DNA from: Tubiluchus corallicola
Taxonomy: Eukaryota > Animalia > Priapulida
Direction of reading: 5' to 3'
Length of the DNA stretch: 64,000 bases
Assembly: GCA_030141605.1 (NCBI GenBank)
Contig: JAQGDQ010000001.1
Location: 2,976,001 to 3,040,000, forward strand
The position numbers were made by a program, and so were the translations under genes. Shown piece after piece: positions 40,475-54,400 of the stretch. The notes under the pieces were generated by a model, which saw nothing but the letters and a program-made list of their open reading frames with translations, did not search any database and was not told the origin of the DNA. Every line of letters starts with the position of its first letter. Within the stretch, counting starts at the first letter, position 1.

Positions 40475-43400
40475 CTCAAGAACCGTATTCATTTTGCTCA
40501 GTTACATAGGTTAAATAAAATAATAAATAGGCCTGTGTACATGTAACATTCTTTACACAGTTCAGCACTTTGGAAGCTCAATGGTTGGGTTAAAGCAGAT
40601 GGATGCGGCGATAACGAAACCTAGTTAATTACTGAAAAAATTATCAAATGTGACTTGTCAAGAAAAATTATCAAAATGAACAGGCAAATGTGTCTTAAAC
40701 GGCGTTTGCCAAACATCAGGAATGCGTTATGCTTTATTGTGTATCCAGATGCGAACAAACAATCAAATAGGAATAGCTTTTGAAAAAATAACGCAATAAT
40801 GCATAACGTGATAAACTGGTTCATTAAAAACAATACAAAGTGATTTTTGATTTTAACGCAATAAACGCATGTCATATAGCCTATCTAGCAAACGCCGCTA
40901 GTCGGGGACAGAATAGATGATCCAGCTGCAGTTTTCTGGTGTTCCCTATCTCGCTACTGACTAAGTTCGGCGTTTCTTAACTTCGGACGATAAGTACACA
41001 CTTTAGCCAATAAGCTAACCGCACGTAGTAACAGTTCTTCATCCTGCATTTGACCGTTGGCATTACTAAGTTCTAACAAATTCAGATAGATTCAATCCAA
41101 AAAAACTGTTATCATAAATAGCACACAAAATTATACTACGCGTTTTTTTAATGTGGGCAGCTATATTCCTGGTGGAAATTTATGTTTGCAACTGAGCAAA
41201 TACTTGTCAGATACAGAGGTAGTAGCGGACGGCACTGCAATATAATGGGGTATCAGCTAATTAGAAAGTTAATTAAAAGTAAACAACATCTTGCAAGATG
41301 TTTCATCAAACAATCACATCTTATAATAACAAAAAGTTGAAAGTTAGTTATTGAAATTAGATCGTTATAACAGCAGCTGGAAACCCAACTTGAACAGATG
41401 TGACATGATGATCTACATGCAGATCAGTCCAAATTCGTTGGCACTGTCAACAGTATATAACACAATATCCTATATCCATGACAATACGCGGGTTTCATAA
41501 CCGAGTTGAGCCAACAATGCAGGAACAAAGATTTGCCCATTAACGTAAGCGAAGTTATAACAAACTGATGAAAACACATGGCAGGGATTTGTAAAATCCC
41601 ACGGGGCGTTTATTCCACGTGCCGCCCTATATATCAACATTTACTCGGTTTCGCGTTTCATGAATATAATAAGCTCGTATAGAGACCGTTGTAATACGAA
41701 ATAACGGTTCCTAAGGTGCAGAGGACATAAGGAGGGGGACCAACACCAAGCCCAGGGGCAAAGGGTGACAGCGTATTGCCAATGTCTACTACCTATAAAA
41801 ATAACTAGAATTAAGTGCCTAAAAGGCACATTTGGTTTTGGATTCTTCATGCATTTTTATTTTCCCACGTTTCTTCTATAAACTTTATCCCAGTATCTGA
41901 ACTGAACTGAGATTGAAGAAAGCAGAATAAAAGGCGTTTTGGTCATGCTGGAGCAACTGAATTAAACTAAACTAATCAAAATATTACACCGGGGGGAAAG
42001 TACAATCATGGTTATTGCAGTTATGGTTATTATAATGTTCCTTACGGTTACAGTGAGGTACTGTTTAGACCGTTGCAATCAAGAATAATAATTAGCACAT
42101 AGTGTCATTTTCATCGCTTTTGGTGCACTTGTTGTGAATTCGTGATTGCTGAATTGTTAAAATTCACATTATTCATTATTCAATTTCAAAACGAACTACT
42201 GGGTATGCGATTTCTTTTAAATGTCTGAACATAACTTTTGTAAAACAAATTACACTGTCTTTCTTTCATCTGGCGCTATAAGCATCGATCAAGCGACTTG
42301 GATTAAACTAATACTAGCTGTTAAACAAATCTTATATTCAGCGGGTTACCAAGTGTGCTTTTGTGTTATATCTGTATTTATGATAATTCCAAACAAGTCA
42401 TAGGCCTCTGAGTTAATAAGACTTTAAACTAAAGGTGGTTTAAGTAAAATGTTCTAGCTGCCCTGCACCTGGACATTATAAGCCTAAATCAGCTTAGGAT
42501 TATGGCAATATAGATAAAGAAAAATCTGCGTTCTCAAAACAGTTACAGTCGGCCAGTAGCGATTCTCAAGCTGAAAGCTGCAAAATTGCAACTGTAGTAA
42601 TGATCACTCATGTAATATAGTAGCAAGCCAACAACAACAGCTACAGTGACTACAACAACAGCAGCAACAGAAGTAGTAGTTGCAACACCCTGCTTTAGTG
42701 TATCAGTTTTACTTGATATTAAATATTTAATAATTCAGTTTTTAATATCCTGCGTACTTGGGTAAGCTAATTGTAGTGCGAGTACCTTCATTTGAGATTT
42801 TCTTGACCTTTGACCAAGACTTGAAGATTTGACTTGAGATTTAATTGATTTTTCAGATTTAGCTTTTAACTTAGTGACATGTGATGCAGGCCCAATCTGA
42901 TGGTTCACTTAAATAAACATTTAAAAACTTACAAGGAAGTCGGTTTTCCGGAATTGAAACGAGATCTGCTTGATTTATTCGGCAATTTTAATCCAGTGCT
43001 TCAATCAAATCAATTTTGTCGGCCATAATATCTATCTCCCAAATAACTTTTGACTAAATTTTGTTATCATTCTTACCCTCCTTGCAATTTAATAGGCTTC
43101 GGTAAGCGTTACAGCTAGGGCTTTACTAGGAATGGATCTATTGATCATCAGACTTCCAGTTTCCTTACTGTAAGTTACTAGTACATGCGTGTCTAGCACT
43201 GTACATGCGCGCAGTAGGTCTACACATGCTGCCTGTCTACCATGTTAGCCGCTAGCAGCCGCTTGCTTCATTTAATGCGTGCCTACACGAAAGTATAGTG
43301 TATTTCTGACGTGTGTCAGTCAGTTCAACAATTTGCACAGCTTTCCTTCTTTTCTTTAATGCTCTTGTAGTAGAAAGCACGCTGGTCCAATGCTCATTCA

Positions 43401-46400
43401 TATGAAGATTGTCAGTGCGTGTACCTTTCGTGAAAATTGAAGTCGAATGGTGTTATGCCATTCTATCTAATAATGCCCTTGAGAATTTCAATCTACATCA
43501 GGGTTGGTATGTATCTTTTAATATACACATACTTGTAAGATTTGCAAAGCTGAAATCACTTTTATTATTAGTTCAATCATTGTTAATGACTAGTTTCTAA
43601 TCAAGTTTATTTTTTGAGGTGTTATACTTATTTGACTGAAACTTTTCACCTTTTTTTTATATTTGACAAGAAATTGACAGACTCAAGATTTCCAATATTA
43701 ATCACTCGTTCTGGAAATGTCCTAAAGTAGCAAAGCTAATCTTTAATGGGTTATAGCTTGCATTATTTTTCGAAATCTTCCCTTGAGTCATTTCGTCATG
43801 GACACTACATGCGACAATCAACATGCAGGGAAAAGGTACCATGGTACTGTTTCAATGCTCGAAATTCGAATGATTTCTTGATTTGCAACGATTGCATGTA
43901 TGCCCATTTTCGTATACGGTTTAGAGGCAAGATTGAGAAACCATTTTAAAAATAAAAGTACATTGTAAATGTTTAGACGATGACAACTAGGTATTTATTA
44001 TTCTAGTAAAAATTGAAATCATTATTACGCCCAAGTAATAGCCCTGATGAGAAAGAGGTCGCAGCATTCTTCGTTTACTACGCAATTTGCTTCCCATCAT
44101 AGCCATTCTAACGGTTTTGTACGTGTCATTTGCAATACTGGCAATACGAGATTTGTTTTGACGTTTGCCGTGTCTAGGAGAAAATTGTTTTCAATTCAAA
44201 TCAACATGATATTTTAAACAAGATTTGTAAATGTTTTCTACCAATATGCACATAGAAACCTTTTAGTAGTATAAGCCTACTTGTATTGGCATAACGAAAT
44301 TCGTAAACTGGAAAATGGTCGTAATTCACGGTGAACTGTTGTTCAGCCCTCTAAATGTTGCGCAAGGAATTTGTAATTTTTAAAACAGTTTTCACTATAC
44401 TAGTGCATGTACTATATTGTTATTAGGCTGTACGTCAGGAAGCGTACCGCTTTCTGCATACACAACAATACATTACGACTGGGGTAGATTTCAGGGTGAG
44501 TGACACTGTAATAAGCAGCTTTAACAATGGATCTAGTCGAGTTAAACCTGTGTGTTGAAATAATAACATACAATGTGTTACAGTTCTGTCACAGGATATG
44601 GGATACATTAATTAAACTTTTTTAGTTTGGTGAACCCGAGGAAAACCTTATCAGTTTTGCGGCCTCAGTTCGTCACATTGCTCGCAGAAAAAGCTTTCAA
44701 GTTTTGGTGTGTACACTATTTACACCTGCTGTTACTAGTCGCCAAAAGTAGCACTCTAGGCGGAATCATGTAATTACAAATTTCGGAGTTCTATTTTGAA
44801 GTGTATTATCATAAAGTAATGCTACAGATTTCATATTAGTGTACAGGAATGTCAGAATATAAAGCAAATTCTTTTATAATTCTATTTATATTCTCTATAA
44901 ATTTAGTGTTTTCCGTCTTGGTCAAATATAAAAGAAAGTTCCAAAAATATATTAAAGAAATCCAATTGCAGTTCTAGTGTAATTACCAAGTTGTTGTAAT
45001 TATGTTTCTGGGATGGATTATTTAAATTAACTCTTATTCGGAATTTGCAGACATATCACGTAAATTTAGACTATAAGAAAATAATTCAGATTGTTTGTTT
45101 TCTGCATTTCACCAGCGACTAGTGAGACTAGTTACCAATAAGTTTATATTATCGATATTATTGCCAAGTTCGTCCCACTTATTACTAAAATCATTTAACA
45201 TTTGAACTGTTCTTGATTCAGAAACAATCTCAACTGCTTACATTTTCCGAATGTGTAATTTCGTAAAACGATGTGTTGTGTTGCATTGCTTGATCGTGAT
45301 AACAGCGGTTTTCTCATTTTAAAGCAATATTCATGAGTAATTTAAATGCCCATTCATAAAAACTGAGTTCAGAGGAAATAGGCTGAACGATTAACACAGC
45401 GTGTTGACATTAGCATTTCTCTGCTTCAGTTATCGCGTTGGCAGGAATGTGAATTTATGAAACATTTGATTTTTAATCAGTTTCGGGGTGATAAGCTCAA
45501 AGAAAATTCTGACATTCCGTGTCTGCGAAGATTTTATTCTGTAAAGTTTTTAAAGACAGTTGGTATCTTTAAGATTTTAAATTAAAAGCGGCTCTGAACT
45601 AAAAGCGTTTCTGTTTTGTTTTAGATGAGCCCATTCTCACCAGTCTTGCTTGTACAGCGGAATTTGACTCTTGCATACCTGCATACAGCTCCAACTCAGT
45701 TTCGCAGCGTTACGCATATCGTTAGTTAACATATCGCAAAATTATTGTTACTCACTATATTATTATGTATAAATGTACTCATTGACTAGCTGTGCTGACT
45801 TCCATACATCTCAGTTTTGCTATGTGTACAGTACACATTATCGCATGAATTTGGCCTCAGTAATATTGCACATAGTTAAGAACTCGTTAAATACTAGGTA
45901 GCTAACTACGTTTTAGTATTCTTTGTGTTCGCATAATTTTATTAGTCTCTTTCTCTCACCCTGCTTTGAGACCAACTAAACGAAAACAAGAGCAGAAAAA
46001 GGATTAGAATTTCTGATGCATGGAAAATTGCGCCACAACAAAAAAAAAGAATATATTTTAACACGGCCAGACACAGAACTTAATTTGTAAGAATCTTGCT
46101 AAAAAACCAAACTAAAGGTAATGTGAATCAGTGACCTGCTCTCCTTGCAGACCAGTAAGCCAAACTAATGATAAAAAACCATTTAAGGTGTGAAGTGTTT
46201 TTATTGCTACTATTACCAACAGTTTCTGTTGTGAATGCAAACTCTTCCAGGTCTTGCATTGTGTTTTCTGACCCAGATCACAATGGCAACAGGTGTAAGA
46301 CAATGAGTTTCTACGCCTGATCAAACTACAGGTAAGTGGCCACCATTTCCTGTACAGTACAGGGGATTTACATCCGTTTTATTGCTTGCAAACGAGGTAA

Positions 46401-49309
46401 CGTCAGGAACACTGGGTGGGCTGTTGAGACTGCCAAAAGTATTTGACACTTTGTAATTTATTATTTGTACTGTGTACAACAATAATGAGATGGGATTTAA
46501 GCCATAATGTGTTGAATGAGCAGTTCTTTGGGTCTTATAAACTTCCTTCGGATTTAATCTTGACCAGTTTAAGAACTGCGGGTGCATTAAGCAAATGCCC
46601 CAGTGATACAGATTATTTTCTCAAATTTTATGGCATTTTGTTTTCGTGCCTTTCCCTAATGTTCGACAAGCTAAGTTTCAATTTGAAATGTAAGTGCTTG
46701 CCATCTGTTATAACTTTGTAACGTTGAAATCAGTTTTAATTTTTTGCATTAATTAATTAACTTTGAAGGCTACTTGCAAACAATATATATATACTATATT
46801 AATGTCGTTGTTTTGCATCTTTTTGTCTGGCGAGCCCATTGTGGCCGAACACCGGTTTCTCGAAGAGTTACGGACGCGCGAATTCAAATTGAAATTGATG
46901 TTATGAAAGCGGCTTAAATTGTGCATTAATAAAGGTTCAGCTGTTTAATTGTTAGCCGGTGAACTAGTGCCATTAGGCACCAGTTACAGTTTGCGCAACC
47001 GTGGCGTAGTTTCTATAATTATGTTCTGTAGTACAGTATCTCTGGTTACTTCAATTAAATGCGATAGATAATATAAACAGTAGCGTGCAAGCACGCAACG
47101 CAGAAGCATATCAAAAGCACAATACTTAAGAAAGAACTCTAGGCAAAGATGTGCCTTGAAGACTTAAACTTGCATGTATTTTAGGTATTTAGATATTTTA
47201 AAATTAAAATTGTCTTTTTAATCGGGCTGTGGATTGAAAGGTTTTTTTCAGACACATTTTTGATTTTGTGTGGGTCTTTTTTCTTGTAAGCCAAAAAAGT
47301 TGCATGACAATGCAACTTAACAAAAGTTTGCTTTTGCGCTATTAAAGTTATAAAAGTATTAGCATATAATGTAATAGACTAAGGCAGTTAAGAGTTTCTG
47401 GTTTTGTAAGATTCTGTAGCGCACATTTAGTTTTTAATGCCAAGAATCGCCTATTGAAGGGTAAAATTAATGAAAAATCACACAATTTGAAACGTCGCGT
47501 TCTCTTCCTTTTCATAAGTTATAAGAATTTGAATACGACTTCTTTCTAAATAAATATTTTTACAGTGGTGAACGTCGTCAGCGATTTAACGTTTTGTATT
47601 ACTGTATAATTATGGTAATTGATAACTAAATTACTAGCTGCCTGTATGTAGAGCAGTGGATAAATTTACAGGCTTTGGGTAACAGATGTGGGTGGTCAAT
47701 TATTGTAATTGCAAGTGCAACCAAGAAACTCCAGGGGAGCAGCACACAGTAGCATTACACGACCTGCTGTTCAATGCACAAATGCGGCATTTTGTAAAGC
47801 TATAAGACAGTTACAAAGTGAAACCATTATAACAGTTATAGAATTATAGTGTCTATTGAACTTCAACCGATATATTTACTAAAATTTAATAAAGTGCAGT
47901 TAGTGTGCGCGTTTAATTAGTGGCTGTTTTAGTGCGGTTGGTCCGTTACTACTTGATCTGTTTGTTAATCTGAATTTCGCCCTAAATGATATGTATCTAG
48001 TTGTCTTCAAGAATAGCTTTTCGAGATAAAGTAAACTTGAGGTCTTTTAGGCATTTCAGTTTATAGGTATCATGTAGCTTTCTTTTTGATCAGTGCCAAC
48101 AGACTATCTGCTCGGTCATTTTGCAACTACTCACTAAATGATTCGATTCATTCCTTCTGGTTAGGCGACAGAGAGAAGTCGTTCGGAAGCAAGCGTTAAC
48201 TATTACGCATCTTTGAAAGTACAGCGACAGATGGTTTAGCAATGGCTGATAACTGGCGTGTGATAAGACTTCTGTTACTTGCAAGCTTCTATTTGTCTTC
48301 ACTTGTTCTGGGCATCACCGGGCCTTTAAAAGTTACTGGGGGTCACGGCCTATAAGTGATTTCGTTCAAACTACAGTGCCACTGTTTTACTGATTGTTTG
48401 AAATTTACTACAAAAAGCGCGCATAATTTGTAAACGCGACGAAAACGTAAATTGCTACGTATAATAAAATAAATTATGTAACCGTTCTTGTTTCAAACTC
48501 TGCACGTAAGCGTTTTATGATAAAAAGCTGTATTTCAAAATTATTATTTATGCTGCATTCATACAAAATCATACAATGGTTATTGATGCAGCAGACAAAC
48601 ACAAAGTTTAGTAGCGGTGTGATTTAAATTCAGTCGTAGACCTAAAGTCATTATTCTCAGAAGCTGTTGCCTTCCAAAATTGGATTCTTGTGGGAAACTG
48701 CATGCAGATAATAAAACAAGCAATAGCACGTTCTCTGATTTGCAGAATTTATAATTTACAATGATTTAATAACTTCCTTCTACGTTCATCCTACAAATCG
48801 TGTGAATGATGGCATTATGAATGCATTAATTTAGCAGGCATTTAATTAATCTTGACTGTATACTTGCTTTGTTAGCATGGTTTCATTAATCTGTCATTTC
48901 GGTGAATTGCTTTGTTGAGCGTAAACTCACAGCTAGTTTTATTTCCAATAAAATTATAAGCTGCACTCCGACGTATTGCATAAGTACTGCATGTAATACA
49001 GACACCTAAGCTACTGTGACATTAGTGCATTTATATATAGGTGCCTTGTCCGTCATTCTTTCCTATTTACTCATTCTATTAAACATAGCTAGCTTACAAT
49101 TTTTTCACTTTTTTCTAGAATTCTATATTTTGGGGTGTGGAATGAAAAGAATCTTACAATGTTTATGCATCTTATTTCGATCGATTAAAACAATTTTGAA
49201 ATTTACCTAAGCACAGATGCAACGTGAGCCAATCTGGTTGATCAAAAATACACAGACTAAAAAATTGTTTTGTTTTCAGACGCTACGATGTGACATTTAA
49301 CCAAAAACA

Positions 49310-50786
49310 ATGGCGGGGCAGTCTTACAGTATTCCAGCGGGCGGTGAAATAAACAGTGCTTTTGAGTGTGAAGATGAAACGCCTGCCGTGGCGCGCTCTG
49401 CACATGAAACTAATCAATCAATTGATCGATCAGCTTCACCTATTTACGAATATCTGTGGAGGAATCCCACTAGCACATTACAACCTCAATCCAGCTCCGA
49501 TGAAGAAGGAATCAATGAATCGAGACAGCCAGCATTACGAAGTATTGTCAACTGTACCACTGCATCCACCAAGTCGTTAAACCAACAGCCTGTAGAAATT
49601 CAGAATTATCATCAGGATAGATGTCGATTGATCAGCAATGGTGAAATTAACGTTGTAGTCGTGCGCACGGGAAAGTGTTTGAAGCCAAAAAATAGAGTGG
49701 CCGCAGGCTGTGCCACAGCGGAAAACGGAACTCTGTCTGCAAATGCAAATAATTGCTCTGTGGATGAAGGGGAAAATATTGCTTCCTGCGTCGGAGTCAG
49801 ACGTTCACAAGTGCCATCAATAACCTCCACTTACGATCAAAACAGTTTGTCACAAATGGATTATGGCACACGGCCTGGTAATCCTGCAAATTATTTTAAT
49901 GCACGTAATAGCGCATTAATGTCCCACTGTTCATCATCACAAGACAGCGGTATCAACGTCAGTGAAGCTCGGCCAGAATCCCGTATGTCTACAGGTACTG
50001 AAGATGATTTGTCATCCTACAGAGGTGCCTTGCAGTTGGTTTTACTTGGTGACCCACTTCCAGAGGCAGCTGGTAGCGATGGTAGGAGTTTTGAAAGTGA
50101 AACGTGCAAAATGTCAGCTGATTCTATCAAAGACGCCAGTGTTGTCATTCCAAGCTTCCATGAATGGTGCAGTACTTCTAGTCATGATACCAACACAGGT
50201 AATAACACAAATATAAACTCAGACCTCAGAACTTCAGCTCTAGATGTGAGCGAATGTGCTACTGGCGATGACTTATTACCACATGGTTTTGATAATGCTG
50301 CATTTGAATACTCTGACTCTGAAGAATCAGAATTACCAAGTGAAAGCATTGCAAAAGTTGACAGTCATCGCTACGAGTGTGGCATTTCTACTAGTCTTAA
50401 TAATAGTCAAGATTCAAGAACTAATTCTGTTTGTGCAGTGTCTGCTACTGAACCAGAAAATTCTCTCATTGTCACAGTTGCTAATGTTGGCTGTGGAGAC
50501 TCTGAAATGACAGCTCGTTCAAATTTAGTGCCACATAGCACTAGAACTAATTCTTCCAGACTTACGTCATCAAACAGTAATGTTGTTGTTAGTGCCAGTA
50601 CTGCTGATGTCATTACTAATGCAGGCAGTAATAGGCATCAGGAACAAACGCATGTCAGCAGTGGTAGTTGTCATACTCACTCGACGAATTCTGGAGTGAT
50701 CCTTCGTCCCTTGTATACGTCATCTGACCTACCAGACGTATTACATTCTCACGTCACTCACCACCATAATTCTGCAACCAGAGAAG
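49310..50786 (+). CDS. Two-TM PPxY/PDZ-motif protein, coding exon 1 (long Ser-rich disordered N-tail)
   Basis: TTTCAG acceptor at 49279 and AAAACAATGG start context. It gives ~492 open codons in AT-rich DNA and ends in donor G|GTGAGG (phase 1). Confidence 0.9.
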
Positions 50787-50990
50787 GTGAGGTCACTTTA
50801 TATTTATAAATTTATTTATAAACCCAATTGTATATTTACAGATGCCAGTATCCTGTGCGTTACATTATTTGCCTGTTTTCAAGCATTTTGCTAATGTTTC
50901 TAACATTTAAATAACACATTTTATACACAATAACGATAAACTTTTGGATATTTGGTTCTTATCTTGTGATCAATGAATTTTTGGATATAG

Positions 50991-51140
50991 GCGAAAGAAA
51001 TACTGCACCTATGATGTCACCTCCCAGACACGAAAGTCGGAGAACTAGGTCGGCACCTCGGTTACGCTGCTATGGTGATGCAGCTTTTGATGAAATGGAG
51101 CCAAAAGGATGCTGCGGTGTTGCTATGGACCAGACTATTG
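50991..51140 (+). CDS. Two-TM protein exon 2
   Basis: TAG and GTAAGA splice sites, phase 1-1; reads GERNTAPMMSPPRHESRRTRSAPRLRCYGDAAFDEMEPKGCCGVAMDQTI. Confidence 0.87.
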
Positions 51141-51299
51141 GTAAGACTAAGATAAGCCTAATATTTACTAATAAACAAAATTCAGTAGAGTGGGTTAACT
51201 AACACCTAGTTCATATGAATGCTTAATTCTCGGATAACCAATATTTATTTTGTAGCCATGGATACAAAACTTTACATTTTGAAATTATCAATTTTTTAG

Positions 51300-51431
51300 G
51301 TATTCGCTGGTTTGTGGTGTTTGTTGGTGTGGTAGGTTTGACTTGTGTAGTCATTGGAATAATACTGGGAATTCTTGGAGGATTAAATGTGGCAGGATCG
51401 GACTTCGTAACCATTGCTTTGCTGCTCATCG
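51300..51431 (+). CDS. Two-TM protein exon 3 (TM1 and start of TM2)
   Basis: TTTTTAG and GTGAGT splice sites, phase 1-1; reads GIRWFVVFVGVVGLTCVVIGIILGILGGLNVAGSDFVTIALLLI. Confidence 0.9.
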
Positions 51432-54400
51432 GTGAGTATTAACACATTTTTAAAATATAGAAATTATGAAATTATAAAGACATAGTTTATGCATTGACAG
51501 TAGCATGGTAGCTTTTTTCCTTCTGCAGTGAAAGTTCAATGTACAAGTTGGTAATCATGTGTGATTGGTGTCTATTTAATGTGCGGGGCTTCAATAAGTG
51601 AGACAATTGATAAAAGCACCCATCATAATGACAAATCAAATCAAATTTTGATTTATATAAACATAAAAAATACTATTTTCTAAGGGCTATTAAGCTGACT
51701 CAAGTAACAAAACTAATCCACTGAAATAAACAGACGGAATCTACTGAAATAAACCGACGCTTCTCTGAGATTTACTAGGGTAATGTTTTGATCAAATTAT
51801 CTGAAGCATGTAATGAAAATAGCATGATTTGACATTTTTATCAGAATGCAATATGTGCACCAGCCTTAAAACTTAAGAGTGATCAATAAGTGATCTCCAG
51901 TAGACTATCAATGTATTCCAGCAGATGTAATGCCAATCTCTGTCAGCTCCTAGACTGCAATGGTAATAAAAATTCTAAAGATAAGTCTTGAAATACAGGT
52001 TAAAATATTTGTTTTTTAATTTGACCATCGGCAGGCATGCATACGCACAAACAGCTGCGTACACACACACAGGCACACATGATCAGGGTCTTCCCTACAG
52101 GCAATGATATTATTATACTTTTATGGTTTTTAATAAGTTTTAGGTAATACATTGTCATGCATGGTTAATAAATAATGTACATCTTGTTTAAAATATAGTC
52201 ACTTCCTGCACAATGTAAATATTAAATAGACTGCCTACTGCAGTATGCTTGTAGTAAGGAAATTCTCATTCCGTCCCTTTCTTAACTGTGTAATTATATG
52301 ACCTCATTCGTATTGCATAATCATTAAAGTCGATTGCGTAATTCTGCCTGTAAAAGCCCTAATCTTGCCTTGTTTGTTTTAAAGACTTTACACACCCACT
52401 TGTCTGAGTCATTGCTGAATTTAAAAGTAATTTCATGGAAGATATACATTTCTAGAATCACCATTATCATTGAGACTTTAACTTCAGTATGCGTTCTGGT
52501 TTTCTGATTTATTGGGGTTTGTTTTGCAAATTGTAATGCTATCGTGCCTGAGAAGTAAGGCATATTACTTGTTGATTCTATCATCAACAAATGTTTTATT
52601 AAAATGTTCACTGTTTTCATACCCAGGATTTTTGGTTCCATTGTTGACATTTCAGTTTTACTGAAGCTATTTGCAAACAAAGAGAATAAGAGTCACATTT
52701 AGTTAAGAATATTGAATGAAAGGTCTGTAGATGTTTGTTGGTACAATAATGAATGCATTAATTTATTTTAGATCAAAAGCATGAATAATGTTGTTGTAGT
52801 CAGTTCAGTGTGAATGATCTATGCTGTAAACTGAAAGTATACTTCTGAACATAATAATTATTTATTTTGAATGATTTATAGTAAAATTAATGAGAAGCTC
52901 TCTTCATTGTGAACACAAAAGTAAGGTTTGAGATCTTTACAATAGATCTCACATCCCACGAAAATTTTGTTGATTCAGTGCCTATTCGCACCCTCAAAGT
53001 GTAAATGCATGCTTGGTTACTTAGTGTTTGCTTGAGGTTAAAAGTTTACTTGGCACTTACTCAAAATTTTGAAATGCTGTGTGAAGCTATTATTCTGTTA
53101 AATTAAAACCTGCCCAGCTGTATTTTTGCTTACCTGGGAAGTCTGGATCACTGTTTCCTTGGTCACTTATACAAGAATTGGAATCAAAAACCTATTTATT
53201 GCTGAGGAATTAATTGTATAATGATTTTACTTTTTCTAAGCTGGAACTTATAAATTTTAATTGGTTTAGAGTTAACAATGGACAAATATATTAGTCATAC
53301 TGTTAAAAAGTTATTTGCCTTAATGCACTACTTACATTTAGCTAAATATGTAATAAACATTACTTATATTTTGTTTAGTTGAATAGAGTAACACATTTAA
53401 TTGGCTGTCCAAGTATTAGTACAATTTTTTGATCCATTATGCACTTGAGGAGATGTACTAATTTAGATTCTGCAATACACTGCAGAATGATTCGTTGCAT
53501 TGCAGAATCTACTTATTATTATTAATTTAAGGTTACTTTGACTGCAAACTTTCATATTTCGTGCTGCATGACAACTGATGCAGCTAGCGGTTACCCTGGC
53601 TACAGCTTCTGCAATGCATACCTGTATTAATGAATCGCGCGGCACGCGAAAGTTCAATGCACTTTCTTGCGTACCTGCGCTCATTCACCTGTACGTTATG
53701 CTGATAGTAGCCTACCTGTTTATTAAATAAAATGCTGCCAGGTGACGAAACTGAAAGTCGCAGGACTAGCGGTTTCGTGGATGTCGTGCAATATTATTAT
53801 AGAGATAAATTACTGTAATTCTTGTACCTTTTTCTACTTTCTTTTCTTTTCGCTGAAGTGTTAGTTAGTAATGGATTTTTGAGATTTTTACAATGACCGT
53901 GATCATGACACCTGTAAGATTATGAGCAGCTCTTTATTTATTAACCAACAGGCTACCGAAAGTTCGAAACGGGCTCGAACAATTTACATAATACAATAGG
54001 GCCCAATTAACGCAATTATAATTATCATAGGCAGTTTGGTATAGTACAGACATTTTAATTTTAGTAATGTTGGTCTAAGAATAAAGCCTTAGGTTTCCTC
54101 CACGGTACACTGTACGATAGTTAGTTTTACGCGGAAGTTTGCTGAAAGGGTATCTATCGTACGTATTTACCAAGTTTTTAGAAAATTTATTTTGTTTTAG
54201 AAACATAAAAAATTACGCAAACGTCGGCTAAATGCAAATATTTGTAATTATTTCACTTTTCTGGCTTGACTTTTCGTGTAATATATCTGAACAGGAGTTC
54301 ATTTTTAGGCGGCCCTGACAATTCCATGTGCAAAGCGTCAGCAAAGTATTCTTATGCCATACTAAATGTACATTGTTTACTAACTTACTTGGACATTAAT

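Noticed and set aside
44043-44065. CTGATGA-GAAA hammerhead-like core (CTGATGA also at ~4522 and ~41565)
   Set aside because: No stem II and no compatible stems I/III with an NUH site could be built.
49356-50613. Alternative-frame and antisense ORFs over the large exon
   Set aside because: They are shadow ORFs of the real coding frame.
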